DNA of 63,165 nucleotides, the filler included, from Saprolegnia diclina VS20 (taxonomy: Eukaryota), in NCBI RefSeq assembly GCF_000281045.1. It is 5 parts of 2 records of this genome, joined end to end, with 100 filler letters (N's around TTAATTAATTAA, not from the genome) between each part and the next. Parts side by side here need not be neighbours in the genome. Positions count along the whole stretch, not along the records: positions 21,117 to 50,986 come from NW_008246078.1; positions 51,087 to 57,175 come from NW_008246078.1; positions 57,276 to 61,347 come from NW_008246078.1; 2 more parts are not named here. One strand, 5' to 3'. The notes beneath the pieces were generated by a model that was not told the origin of the DNA, ran no database searches, and worked only from the letters and a program-made list of their open reading frames with translations. Below, in pieces: positions 46,050-57,445 of this stretch (position 1 is the stretch's first letter; every line of letters starts with the position of its first letter). The translations under genes were made by a program, and so were the position numbers.

Positions 46050-46565
46050 TTACGCGCTGTCGTCATCCGCCGCCGCCAGTTGCGCCGCCAGTTGCGCGCG
46101 CAACGCTGCCTCCTGCTCCTTGGCGAGCTTTCGGCGCTCTTTCTGGGACAGGCGCTTCTCGGGGCGCACCTTGAACTTGACGGTCGGCACTGGCGGTGCC
46201 GTAAGCTCGTGCTCGAACGCTTCTTCCCACTCGACGCTGCCAGCTTGGACCGCATCCGTCGTGTCCTCGTCCTCGTCACTGTCGTCGAGCGCATATTGGC
46301 ACGAGTACCCGAGCTCGTCGCACTTGCCACAGAGCTCCATGTTGTGCCCAATGGCCGTCTCCTTGTTCATGTTGCCGTCCTTATTCGGCGCAACGAGGCG
46401 AAACTCGGTCGGGTAGCAGGGTTCGAAGCAGTGCTTGCATTTTTGGTACACGCCGGCTTCACCGCGGGCCGAGCGCCACCGGTGGGCACAAGCTTGGCAG
46501 CCGAAAAACGCCATGCGCGTCCACGTCGGGGCGCGGTGTGGCGGGGCGCGGGCAGAGCGCAGCAT
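46050..46565 (-). CDS. zf-3CxxC (Zar1/RTP-type) zinc-binding protein with acidic/basic tail
   Basis: FGCQACAHRWRS...QKCKHC...GHNMELCGKCDELGYSC matches the F.C..C...W.S / Q.C..C / H...LC..C...G..C pattern. Confidence 0.75.
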   Translation of the reverse strand: MLRSARAPPHRAPTWTRMAFFGCQACAHRWRSARGEAGVYQKCKHCFEPCYPTEFRLVAPNKDGNMNKETAIGHNMELCGKCDELGYSCQYALDDSDEDEDTTDAVQAGSVEWEEAFEHELTAPPVPTVKFKVRPEKRLSQKERRKLAKEQEAALRAQLAAQLAAADDDSA

Positions 46566-47013
46566 CACAAGAGTTTTCTGTCGCCGGTACTTTGGTGACT
46601 CTCAGCTCTGTCGCGACGCGCGGTGATTGGTGCGGTCGCAACGTATCCTCTCAGATTCAATCATTGGCCGTTGTTTTCCTCTATAAATGAATATTTGGTG
46701 TGCCACGTCATGGGTCCGTCGCCATCAAGCCGCCTCATTCCTTTTGTGCCGTCGCATGGACACGCTCAGATTGCACTTGACCAATCTTCCGACTTTGCAC
46801 TTTGACATTTTCTTATAGCTCTTAGTATCGGCGATACCCCGCGCCTCGCTGAAGATTCACACTGTGAATCGAGTGATCGTGGCAGAGTTGTCGAGCCAGG
46901 ATTGGGAGCTGCCATCAACTTGGGGCAGTCGTAAGAAAAACAGCAGTTGCGCAACGCCGATCAGTTTTGCGATTTTCTACGATCTTATTGCGACGGTTCA
47001 CAACTTGGGTTTA

Positions 47014-47028
47014 TCACTTTGCAATTTC
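47014..47028 (+). promoter_or_regulatory. Oomycete INR+FPR core promoter
   Basis: TCACTTTGCAATTTC, 14 nt upstream of an accATG. Confidence 0.65.
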
Positions 47029-47041
47029 CCTCGCCACGACC

Positions 47042-47206
47042 ATGCCGATTATCCTCCAAGACGACCACCAGCACGCGGCGGCCATGACGTTTACCCCGTC
47101 GCGCGCCCAGCCAGAGCGGTCGCAAACCAAGCCGGTGACGTCGCCGCTTACGCATGACGAAGACGAAGCCTGCCAGTCCATGTTGCTCGTCAACTACATT
47201 ATCTAA
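47042..47206 (+). CDS. Putative 54-aa microprotein
   Basis: MPIILQDDHQHAAAMTFTPSRAQPERSQTKPVTSPLTHDEDEACQSMLLVNYII*. Preceded by INR-FPR and an accATG context; GC3-biased codons. Confidence 0.5.
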   Translation: MPIILQDDHQHAAAMTFTPSRAQPERSQTKPVTSPLTHDEDEACQSMLLVNYII

Positions 47207-48138
47207 CAGCAACATCAACACTGTCCTTTCGTTTATGTACGCTATACAACAGCGTGTGGACCGCGTAGAAGCACCGAGCGATGGCATGCGGCCCATGGTG
47301 CGTGTCGGCGTCCGACCTTGTGCAAACCTCCACTGTCGCTGGTCCTTCTTGGTATCCATCGGCTTCTTTGCTGTATCTGGTTCTGACGTCGAGCTGCGTC
47401 CGTGGCCTGCCACGTATTGTTGTCCCGTGTCGTTGAAGCTGGGCGAACAGAGCAAAGAAGGATCAGACACACGTGGTTGCGCAATGCTTGCATGAAGAAC
47501 AAAGCACGTCTCTGTCGGAATCCTATGCCCCTTGTCTCTGGGCGAGGTCGACGCTGTTGACGCAGCAGCAGCGACGGACAGGCGGCGTTCTTTGGCAAAA
47601 CCAGGGCTCGCCACCAGTGCCATCGTATTAAACAGTACCGGTACGATCACTCACATGTCCCGCTCCCAGTAAGCGCGAGGAATGCACCGACGCAGATTTC
47701 GTCAACACAGCGATAGAAAGCTGCAAAAATCAAATAAAAATCAAGTCAATTCGGTTGGTCTTATTACGCAGGAACATGGGCCGTCATCGTTGTCACGTCG
47801 TATCGCCACTTGGCTTTACACAATGTAGTTGAGAACAAAGAGCGGGGTCGTCGTGGGCGTCGGTGCTTTCGCAGCGTGCACAGCAGCGACGCTGCTCGCT
47901 TCGCTGGTCTCGATCGCGCCGTGCGACGTCGAGTAGTCGGCAGCGTCCGATGTGGCGTGTTCGATGTGGTCGTCCTCAAAGCTCGGCATGCTTGTTGGTT
48001 TGTTAGCAAAAGGAAAAGTGCAAACTGCATCGTCCTTGCCCTTCTTTCATGGAATGATAAGTCCGTTTCGATGCTTTTTTCGGGTTTTAAGTTTTAACCA
48101 GCAGCAAATCATCGACCGAGCTCGCGCCGACGTGGCTT

Positions 48139-48811
48139 TCAAAACTCGGACGGCAGCGCCTCCGGGGCCAGCGCCGGATAGTGGGTCCGGATCGCACTCA
48201 GAATGAGCGCGTGGGCCGCAATGTTGCCGGCGCGGTTAAAGTGCAGCCCATCGGACAGTAGGTGTGGCATGTTTTGCATCGCCGTCCAAAAGTCCACGAC
48301 CGGCACACTGCGCTCGGCGCCGACGGCGACGCAGGCCGCGGCGTACTTGCCAGTCTCGGCGTTCGACCGGCTCTTGATGCGCGAATCGTCGATCGGCGGC
48401 GGCGTCAGCAAGAGAAAGCGGCAGTCGGGAAAGGTGGCGCCGAGCGTCTGCAGCAGGATCTTGAGGTTGCCGGCGTACGTCTCCAATGGCACGTGCTGGG
48501 GCTCGGGCACGAGCGCGGCGTCGTTGGCGCCAAGGAAGATCGTGATGAGCGACGGCGGCTTGTGCGACCACTCGCGCCCAAGGAGCGGCAGCTTGGGCAC
48601 CCAGTCCCTACGCATCACGAGACTGAGCGGCAAATGCAAAGGCGAAGGAACAGTACCGGGTCGTCCAGCCGCTGCAGCCGCGGTTCACCACGTCCGCCTT
48701 GCGCACGTAGTCCTGCGTGAGCATGACCTGGTAGCCCATGATGTCGGGGTTAGCGCCATTCTGCGTGATCGAGTCGCCGAGCGTGACGATGATCGGAGCA
48801 CCAACAACCAT
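48139..48811 (-). CDS. SGNH/GDSL hydrolase, IAH1-like (copy 1), one intron
   Basis: Blocks GDSIT, NRGCSG, GAND, DGLH; intron 48608-48656. Confidence 0.92.
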
Positions 48812-49050
48812 CGGGAAGAGCGGGATCTGGCTGGCCGCAAGTTTGGCAAGATCGCCACTTGTTGACTTCGAACTTCGATTTTGCGATCCAAGGGGCTGGC
48901 GTGCTTCTGATGTTGACATGCTGCTCGTATAGATGGACCCACGACACGCTATGCGCGAGCAGCTGCCATGGTTCTACCAGTGCGCTGCTAACGTTAGCAC
49001 AAGCTTAAGCATAAGACGGGACGTGCTCGCCAGCATTCAAAAATGTGGGC

Positions 49051-49728
49051 TTATTGAAAGACGTTTGGGAGCGCGTCCGGCGTCAAGTCGGGGAATCGCT
49101 CCGAAATGGTCGATGTGAGCCAGCGATACAGCAACGTGTTGCCATCGACGCTCAGGTGTAAACCGTCGCGAAGAAGCTCGGGTCGGCCTTGCATCGGGCG
49201 CCACACATCGAGGACGGGAACGCCAAGCGCGTGCCCGACAGCAATGCAGGCGTCCGCGTACTTGCCCGCCTCGACGTTCGAACGACTCGCGTACTTGGCG
49301 TCTTCAATCGCTGCGGGCGTGATCAACAAAAAGCGCGATTCGGGACTCGCGCCACGCAGCGTATCAACCATCGTTGTCAAGTTGGCCAGGTATTCGTCCA
49401 GTGGAACGTGCTGGTGCGCATCGCGCGCGTCCGAAAGCGCTGCGTCGTTGGCGCCCAAGAAAATCACGACGAGGGCAGGCGCTCGGTGTGCCCACTCTGT
49501 CCGCAGCAGCTCGAGCTTGGGCAGCCACGACCTACACGTTCACAATGACACGTGGCACAACACATCGGGTACGCACCTCGTCGTCCAGCCGCTGCAGCCG
49601 CGGTTGAGGATGTCGGCCTTGCGCACGTAGTCTTGGCACAGCAGCGAGACGAACCCATTGGCACTAGCAATCGCACCTTGCTGTGTGATCGAGTCGCCGA
49701 TCAGGACGATCGTGGGTGTTCCAGCCAT
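49051..49728 (-). CDS. SGNH/GDSL hydrolase, IAH1-like (copy 2), one intron
   Basis: Blocks GDSIT, NRGCSG, GAND, DGLH; intron 49532-49576 at the same position as in copy 1. Confidence 0.92.
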
Positions 49729-50087
49729 GCTCTTGAAATGCACTTTGCCCTTTGTTTCCGGATCCGGATACACCGTCAACTTCGAACTTCGGCTTCAAGT
49801 TGAGGTTCCGGAAGAGTCGCCACGCCTCGTGAGATCTTTGCCCCAGCACCAACGTCACCACGTTCGAAAATCGACTTATCTGTCAGATCGAATGTTTCAT
49901 TATAGCTCTACCCGAGCTATATCATGTAGCGTTCAAAGGCCATACGAGAAGAGCTGGTTTATGCGAGCCCTTGTACGTGGCCCAGCGCTCGGGCGACGCT
50001 TCCGAGGGACCTTTGGCCAAAAGCCGTTTCAACGGCAACTTTTCGCGCCTTTTCCCAAGATCGTTCTCACTTTGTATCTTTTAGCAG

Positions 50088-50808
50088 ATGAAGCGGTCGG
50101 TGTGGATCTCGATCGCGCTGCTGCTGGTCGTACTGGCGTCGTCGCTCGTGTGGCCCGCGGCGGCATGGCTCAACTCGAAAGACATTGACTACGAGGCGGT
50201 CGAGAAGGCGTGGGAGACTGGCGACATGGACGAAGAGCTCAAGCCCGAGGTCGACTTGATGCACAAGCGTCGGCAGACCGAAGAACGGTACGTCGTTGCA
50301 CGCATCGAGTCGTCTTGACGCAGCGCAGGCAAAAGCGACCAAATTTCGTGGGCGACGTTGGCATTCCGCAGACGATGCTCATTCTCTTCAAGGACTCGGC
50401 GCTGCCCGACTTTGTGCGTTTGTATCCCGAAATTCCCGACCCGACGCATGCGATTGCCGAAATGTGGAAATCGGTACGTTCATTCTTGGCGATTGCAACG
50501 GATCTCATATGAAGTGGTAGATGCTCTTTAACGGCGGCATTGAAGCCGAGTTCTTTGAGCTCAATGAAGCACCCGATAAGCTCCTCGTAAAGGTGCAGCG
50601 TGGTTGGCTTGCCGAAGACTTGGTCGACTTTCTCGTCAACCAAGAGCAAGTGAAGGAAGTGCTTTGGGACTACGAGACGTACTATCCTCCGGGCACGGAC
50701 GAAGCGGCGATGGAGAAGGAGAAGGAGCGGCTTCGCCAAGAAGCCATCGCGAAAGAAAAGCTCAAGCAGAAGAAGAAGAAGAAGAAGGCCGCCAAGACCG
50801 AGTTGTGA
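50088..50808 (+). CDS. MESD/Boca-like ER chaperone, two introns
   Basis: Signal peptide; DYEAVEKAWETGD..EEL; IAEMWKSMLFNG; LVDFLVNQEQVKEVLWD..Y.P; Lys-rich tail ending in KTEL. Introns 50288-50328 and 50474-50520. Confidence 0.75.
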
Positions 50809-51124
50809 GGCGCTCGAGACAGTGCGTTCCACGACAACGATTCCGATGATGATGATGTACGCGTTCTTCTAAGCTCAATGTTATCGATTTTTTAACATCA
50901 ATTTTTCTCGTTCACCCTCCCGCGCTCGCTGGCCTATTGTACACCATCTCGTTTTGCAGCCGAAGTGGACGACAGTGGCAAAACACNNNNNNNNNNNNNN
51001 NNNNNNNNNNNNNNNNNNNNNNNNNNNNNNTTAATTAATTAANNNNNNNNNNNNNNNNNNNNNNNNNNNNNNNNNNNNNNNNNNNNTGGCGTGGGTTTAG
51101 ACGACATCTGATTGGGCCGAGCCA

Positions 51125-52468
51125 ATGACACGCACCGAATCTGCCAACGACGCCCAATCGCAGGTGTCCACTTCGAAATTGCCTTTCGTCTCGACAGAGT
51201 CCAAGATGTCGTCGCGCACGCTGCGTACGATGCAGAGCCTCGGGCGCCAGAGCAGCCTCGCCGAGCTCCACGACGAGGCGCAGAACTCGGGCGGCTTTAC
51301 CGGCTACCTCACGACGACGGTCACCGACTTTTTCACGAGCCCACACAGCGCGTGCATCAAGTTTGCCGTCGTTATCGCTGGCATTGTCCTCACGCTGCCC
51401 GCCATCTTGTTCCCAGGTTCAGTACCTTTTCTAGTCGATAGCATGTAGACTGAGTTGCGATGCTAGTTTGTGTGAGCCTCAAGATCGATGGCCACGTGCA
51501 CTGGACGTGGCTGCAGACGTTCATCCCGCTCTTCATCGTCACGGTCGTCTCGTTGCCTCTGTACATGCTCTTGACGCAGGTCGACAACCCCAAAGTCGGC
51601 AACAATGACGAAGATGGCCCGCCCATGTCCAACGACAACACCGACTGCCACGCCAACGACACGTCGGTCTTGCTGCCCTCCTCGGACTCCACCAACCCGC
51701 CTCAAAAGATCTTGACGTGGTAGCGTTGTTGCATCTCTTGTGCCAGCGACATCTCATGGGTCAACCGTACTAGGGGGAGTGTGTTTAGCCTTCTGTGCTC
51801 GCTGCTGGCGCACATTTTTATCGCGCTTCGCCTCGACAATCATATTGACTGGGCATGGATCTATGTGCTCTTGCCGTACTGCTTGGTCATTCTCGTTGAC
51901 CGGTCGTCGTCGAGCGTTCTCCAAGTCCTCCAAGTCGTCTTTGTTGCCGAAAAGCTCGACGGCGGGCTTACGTGGACCTGGCTCGTGGTGCTCCTGCCGA
52001 CGTGGCTGCCCCTCGCCGTCATGCTCGTTATCTTTGTACGTCATTTTGTATTGCATTGGGCTGACAAATTGTTGCGTGAATATAGCCCATTGGCGCTGCC
52101 TTTGCAGTGCTCATGTTTGCGGGCGACGACGACAGCGCATCGCCCAAGCCGTGGTGCTTTGCGCTATCAGTGTTCCTCGGCGTCTTTTCATTCTTTGCCT
52201 TGATCACGGGACCGCAATTGTTGATTGTCCTTCGCCTGCAGTACTTTACGTTCTCGACCATGTGGATCTGTGTGCCGTGGATCATCATGTACAGCGTTGT
52301 CATTCTCCTCGTACGTTGTATAGAAGTAGTGCTATCCACGGACTCTGACGTTGTTGCGTGGTGTAGGCGACACTAGCGGTGCTGGTCCTTGCGTTCCACG
52401 GCAAACCGTCGGCGTCTGTCCAGGCGGACGGCGAGAATACGATGACCAGCGAATATGGCACCGTCTAA
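51125..52468 (+). CDS. TMEM185-like (Tmemb_185A) multipass membrane protein, copy A, multi-exon
   Basis: Repeated motif LKIDGHVHWTWLQTFIPL / LRLDNHIDWAWIYVLLP / KLDGGLTWTWLVVLLPTW; short introns; stop at 52466-52468. Confidence 0.75.
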
Positions 52469-53862
52469 ACCGACACCATTTGCCTGCATCGTCCTGTGCA
52501 GGACTGTAAACAGAGTAATATAAGTCTACTGTTGGTGCACGTCGTCAGACCATGCGAGACATTTTGGTTATAGTTTGCAGCGAGCTGCATGAGGCGGCAA
52601 CAAGGATGCATCTGCACTTGTGCGTTGAATACCTTGCGTGAGTTTCCTCAAAGAGCGATATTTGCTGCTATTGCGTTGCTGTGTCCTTTTCCCTCCTCTT
52701 TGCTGTGCTGTCATGCTCACGCACGATTCATGTTCAGCAACTTTACACTCATTGAAAGGACGTATTTGGCCAATTCAATATTGATCGTATCTAACGCCAT
52801 AAGCGTCGAACGGTGACAGCAAGGGACCAAATTTATTCCTTGGGTGACAGCGACAGCGACGTGAGTCCCATCGACAATGTGAGGCGGCATGATGCAACAT
52901 TGGGTCGATTCTGCATGGCTAGACTGACTCTTCATCCCAACTTCTTCAATTCAGCGAGTTTTGAGCTTTGCAAATGCCCATGTGATCGACTCTGCACCGA
53001 AGTATCTTTTGTACTGGGCCCAAGCATGTTTGCTGTTGTCTGCTTCGCCGTAGACCGTTTCAGTGGCCAACAATGGTCACCATTCTGTAGACCGACCGTT
53101 GCCGTGCTGGTGGTTGGCTCATTTCTGGCCAAATATAGAGTAACAAGTAGGGTCTGTCGCTGTGGCGTATCTAGGCACTCAACAGTCGTCAACATCGAGT
53201 TCTCTTCTCGCTTCTGACAACGACGAGTATTCGGAACATTGAGACTCACATTTGCCGCCAATTTTTGGCAGGAATGTACGTTGGTTTGCAGGAATAATGT
53301 TGAGAGTTGAGTCGTCGGCCAGCGTTGCCCTCCATGGGTTGTAGCGCTTTATTCAGCGTCCCGACGCCTTGACGACGGGTTTTCCATCCCGGAAAAGACA
53401 CAACCCGACGTCAGTTGAGCTGATTCAAGGTGTCGATAAGCCATCCAACATTCTGAATCGAATCGAGTGCAAACAAAGAGCAAGGCGAGCGTCTGCTTTG
53501 CGTCCGAAAAACGACCACAGACTGCCACGCATGAAGGGCATTTCAGTTGCCAGCTGCAGCATCCGTGTCCCAAAATCTCTTTTGCGAGCACGACCCGCAT
53601 CCATCGAAGCTTGCAACGACAACTCATGCAACTGCGCCCGATCTGTCCCTTGAGCGGCATTGGGTTTGTTGTAGTGATCCTATGGCGATTCGTATGGCGC
53701 TGAATCATTATTGCCGAATGCACGTCGAGAGCAGCTGGTTCAAGTTTCGTTTCAAAGTGCGTTATTTTAGCGTCACACCTGCGATACAATATACTCCACA
53801 TTTGAAACACACGACGTACGTGGCAGCTTCCATGACGCGCCCATTGCCATTTTCAAAAAGGC

Positions 53863-54686
53863 ATGGTGCCGTCAACACCGTTCACGCGTGAGGGGTCGTA
53901 CGCCAAGTTCTCGGAGGCCGCGAAAGCGCGGCGCGGTCCGCTCGGGTACCTGGCCCGCACCTGCGACAAGCTTTTGCAGCAGTCCAAGACCTTCTGTGTG
54001 CGCTTGTGTCTCGTGCTGTACGGCCTCTTGCTGCTCTTGCCCGCCGTCCTTACACCGCGTACGACCCTTTCTCTTCCATTCTTCTCTTTCTCGATTGATA
54101 CGTCTTGTGTTCTTAGTGTTTGTCTGCTGGAAGGTCGACGGTACGATCGACTGGAGCTGGGCCACCGTGATGGTGTTTGTCTGGATATATGACGTTATGG
54201 CCTGGTACGCAGAAATTGCATCACTTAAGAGTCACCAACTCGTTTCTGGTTAGCAATGGCACCCTTGCGTGGCTTTGCGGCTTTCTCTTGCACCTCTTTG
54301 TGGTGCTGCGCCTTGACGGACATGTGGACTGGTCCTGGATCTGCGTCTTCATCCCAGCCTACGTCTCGGTTTTTGACTGGGATGGTTCGGGCGACCTCTG
54401 TTTTGCGCTCCAGCTCATTTTTCTCGGGCTCCAACTCGACCACACGGTCACGTGGTCGTGGCTCGTTGTCTTCATCCCGATGTGGGTGCCGACTGCTATT
54501 GTTGGCCTCTTCTTCGTACGTTCGATCCATCGATGACCTGGCTTGACACTCGATTAGATTGTCTTTGTATTTGTCGCCTGCTTTTCCGATACCTCGTCGC
54601 GACTGGGTGCACTCGGCCTGATTCTTTTGGCGTGTCTCGGCTTTGGGCTCCTCGTCGCGCCCCAAGTCCTCCTCCTCGTCCGGCTC
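53863..54686 (+). CDS. TMEM185-like protein, copy B (3' end in gap)
   Basis: WKVDGTIDWSWATV, LRLDGHVDWSWICVFIP, LQLDHTVTWSWLVVFIP. Confidence 0.75.
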
Positions 54687-55570
54687 NNNNNNNNNNNNNN
54701 NNNNNNNNNNNNNNNNNNNNNNNNNNNNNNNNNNNNNNNNNNNNNNNNNNNNNNNNNNNNNNNNNNNNNNNNNNNNNNNNNNNNNNNNNNNNNNNNNNNN
54801 NNNNNNNNNNNNNNNNNNNNNNNNNNNNNNNNNNNNNNNNNNNNNNNNNNNNNNNNNNNNNNNNNNNNNNNNNNNNNNNNNNNNNNNNNNNNNNNNNNNN
54901 NNNNNNNNNNNNNNNNNNNNNNNNNNNNNNNNNNNNNNNNNNNNNNNNNNNNNNNNNNNNNNNNNNNNNNNNNNNNNNNNNNNNNNNNNNNNNNNNNNNN
55001 NNNNNNNNNNNNNNNNNNNNNNNNNNNNNNNNNNNNNNNNNNNNNNNNNNNNNNNNNNNNNNNNNNNNNNNNNNNNNNNNNNNNNNNNNNNNNNNNNNNN
55101 NNNNNNNNNNNNNNNNNNNNNNNNNNNNNNNNNNNNNNNNNNNNNNNNNNNNNNNNNNNNNNNNNNNNNNNNNNNNNNNNNNNNNNNNNNNNNNNNNNNN
55201 NNNNNNNNNNNNNNNNNNNNNNNNNNNNNNNNNNNNNNNNNNNNNNNNNNNNNNNNNNNNNNNNNNNNNNNNNNNNNNNNNNNNNNNNNNNNNNNNNNNN
55301 NNNNNNNNNNNNNNNNNNNNNNNNNNNNNNNNNNNNNNNNNNNNNNNNNNNNNNNNNNNNNNNNNNNNNNNCGGCATTGGGTTTGTTGTAGTGATCCTAT
55401 GGCGATTCGTATGGCGCTGAATCATTATTGCCGAATGCACGTCGAGAGCAGCTGGTTCAAGTTTCGATTCAAAGTGCGTTATTTTAGCGTCCCACCTACG
55501 ATACTATATACTCCACATTTGAAACACACGACGTACGTGGCAACTTGCTCGTTGCCATTTTCAAAAAGGC

Positions 55571-56588
55571 ATGGCGCCGTCAACAACGTTCACGCGCGAG
55601 GGGTCGTACGCCAAGTTCTCGGAGGCCGCGAAAGCGCGGCGCGGTCCGCTCGGGTACTTGGCCCGCGCATATGACAAGCTTTTGCAGCAGTCCAAGACCT
55701 TCGGCGTGCGCTTGTGTCTCGTTCTTGGCGGCCTCTTGCTGCTCTTGCCCGCCGTCCTTACACCGCGTACGGCCTGTCTCGTCCATACTTCTCTTTCTCG
55801 ACTGATAAGGCTTGTGTTCTTAGTGTTTGTCTGCTGGAAGGTCGACGGTACGATCGACTGGAGCTGGGCCACCGTGATGGTGTTTGTCTGGATTTACGAC
55901 TTTATGGCCTGGTACGCACTGCACTTGAACGGCTCTAAGTGGCGTGTGTTTTGTAGCAATGGCACCCTTACGTGGCTTTGCGGCTTTCTCTTGCACCTCT
56001 TTGTGGTGCTGCGCCTTGACGGACATGTGGACTGGTCCTGGATCTGCGTCTTCATCCCGGCCTACGTCTCGGTTTTTGACTGGGATGGTTCGAGCGACCT
56101 CTGTTTTGCGCTCCAGCTCATTTTTCTCGGGCTTCAACTCGACCACACGGTTACGTGGTCGTGGCTCGTTGTCTTCATCCCGACGTGGGTGCCGTCTGCC
56201 ATTGGTGGCCTCTTCTTCGTACGTTCGATCCATCGATGACCTGGCTTGACACTCGATTAGATTGTCTTTGTATTCGTCGCCTGCTTTTCCGATACCTCGT
56301 CGCGACTGGGTGCGCTCGGCCTGAGTCTTTTGGCGTGTCTCGGCTTTGGGCTCCTCGTTGCGCCCCAAGTCCTCCTCCTCGTCCGGCTCGGGTCGGCCAC
56401 GTTCTCGGCCGTGTACATTATTCTGCCGTGGCTTATCCTCATGGGTCTAGTGGCCCTTGCGGTATTTAGTATCGTCAGCAATGGAGTGGCAACTGATGAT
56501 ATTTGTGTAGGGCATTGCCGCGGTCATGTTTCTGGATTTGGACGACCTCATGAATGTACCTGCCACGACGCCACACGAAGAAGTCTAG
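55571..56588 (+). CDS. TMEM185-like protein, copy C (complete, multi-exon)
   Basis: Near-identical to copy B, including about 200 nt of upstream DNA. Ends ...PATTPHEEV* at 56588. Confidence 0.8.
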
Positions 56589-56711
56589 CGCGCTACACAC
56601 GCTGCCAGTACNNNNNNNNNNNNNNNNNNNNNNNNNNNNNNNNNNNNNNNNNNNNNNNNNNNNNNNNNNNNNNNNNNNNNNNNNNNNNNNNNNNNNNNNN
56701 NNNNNNNNNNN

Positions 56712-57070
56712 CCATCGATGACCTGGCTTGACACTCGATTAGATTGTCTTTGTATTTGTCGCCTGCTTTTCCGATACCTCGTCGCGACTGGGTGCACTCG
56801 GCCTGATTCTTTTGGCGTGTCTCGGCTTTGGGCTCCTCGTCGCGCCCCAAGTCCTCCTCCTCGTCCGGCTCGGGTCGGCCACGTTCTCGGCCGTGTACAT
56901 TATTCTGCCGTGGCTCATCCTCATGGGTCTAGTGGCCCTTGCGGTATATAGTAGCGTCAGCAATGGAGTGGCAGCTGATGATATTTGTGCAGGGCATTGC
57001 CGCGGTCCTGTTTCTGGACTTGGACGACTCGACGAGTGGGCCTGTCACGACGCCATACGAAGAAGTCTAG
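56712..57070 (+). CDS. TMEM185-like protein, 3' fragment D
   Basis: The first part carries copy-B variants (ttgtcgcc, gggtgcactcggcctgattc) rather than copy-C variants. Ends ...TPYEEV*. Confidence 0.7.
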
Positions 57071-57275
57071 CGCGCTACACACGCTGCCAGTACATTTGAT
57101 ATAACTTTACCGGTAATAGCATCTTTTTATACTGCAGTACCACAAGCACAACCGGCAGCTATTATACAACCGGCCNNNNNNNNNNNNNNNNNNNNNNNNN
57201 NNNNNNNNNNNNNNNNNNNTTAATTAATTAANNNNNNNNNNNNNNNNNNNNNNNNNNNNNNNNNNNNNNNNNNNN

Positions 57276-57445
57276 AGCAAGAGGCCGCCAAGAACGAGAC
57301 ACAAGCGCACGCCGAAGGTCTTGGACTGCTGCAAAAGCTTGTCATATGCGCGGGCCAAGTACCCGAGCGGGCCGCGCCGCGCTTTCGCGGCCTCCGAGAA
57401 CTTGGCGTACGACCCCTCGCGCGTGAACGTTGTTGACGGCGCCAT
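57276..57445 (-). CDS. TMEM185-like protein, inverted 5' fragment E (runs into gap)
   Basis: MAPSTTFTREGSYAKFSEAAKARRGPLGYLARAYDKLL is identical to the copy C N-terminus; upstream 57446-57567 also matches. Confidence 0.75.

Noticed and set aside
54050..54120. Apparent frameshift in TMEM185-like copy B
   Set aside because: It falls inside a GT...cttag intron that is also present in copies C and F; splicing restores the frame.
54687..55371. ORFs spanning long N-runs
   Set aside because: Artefacts of translating unknown bases.
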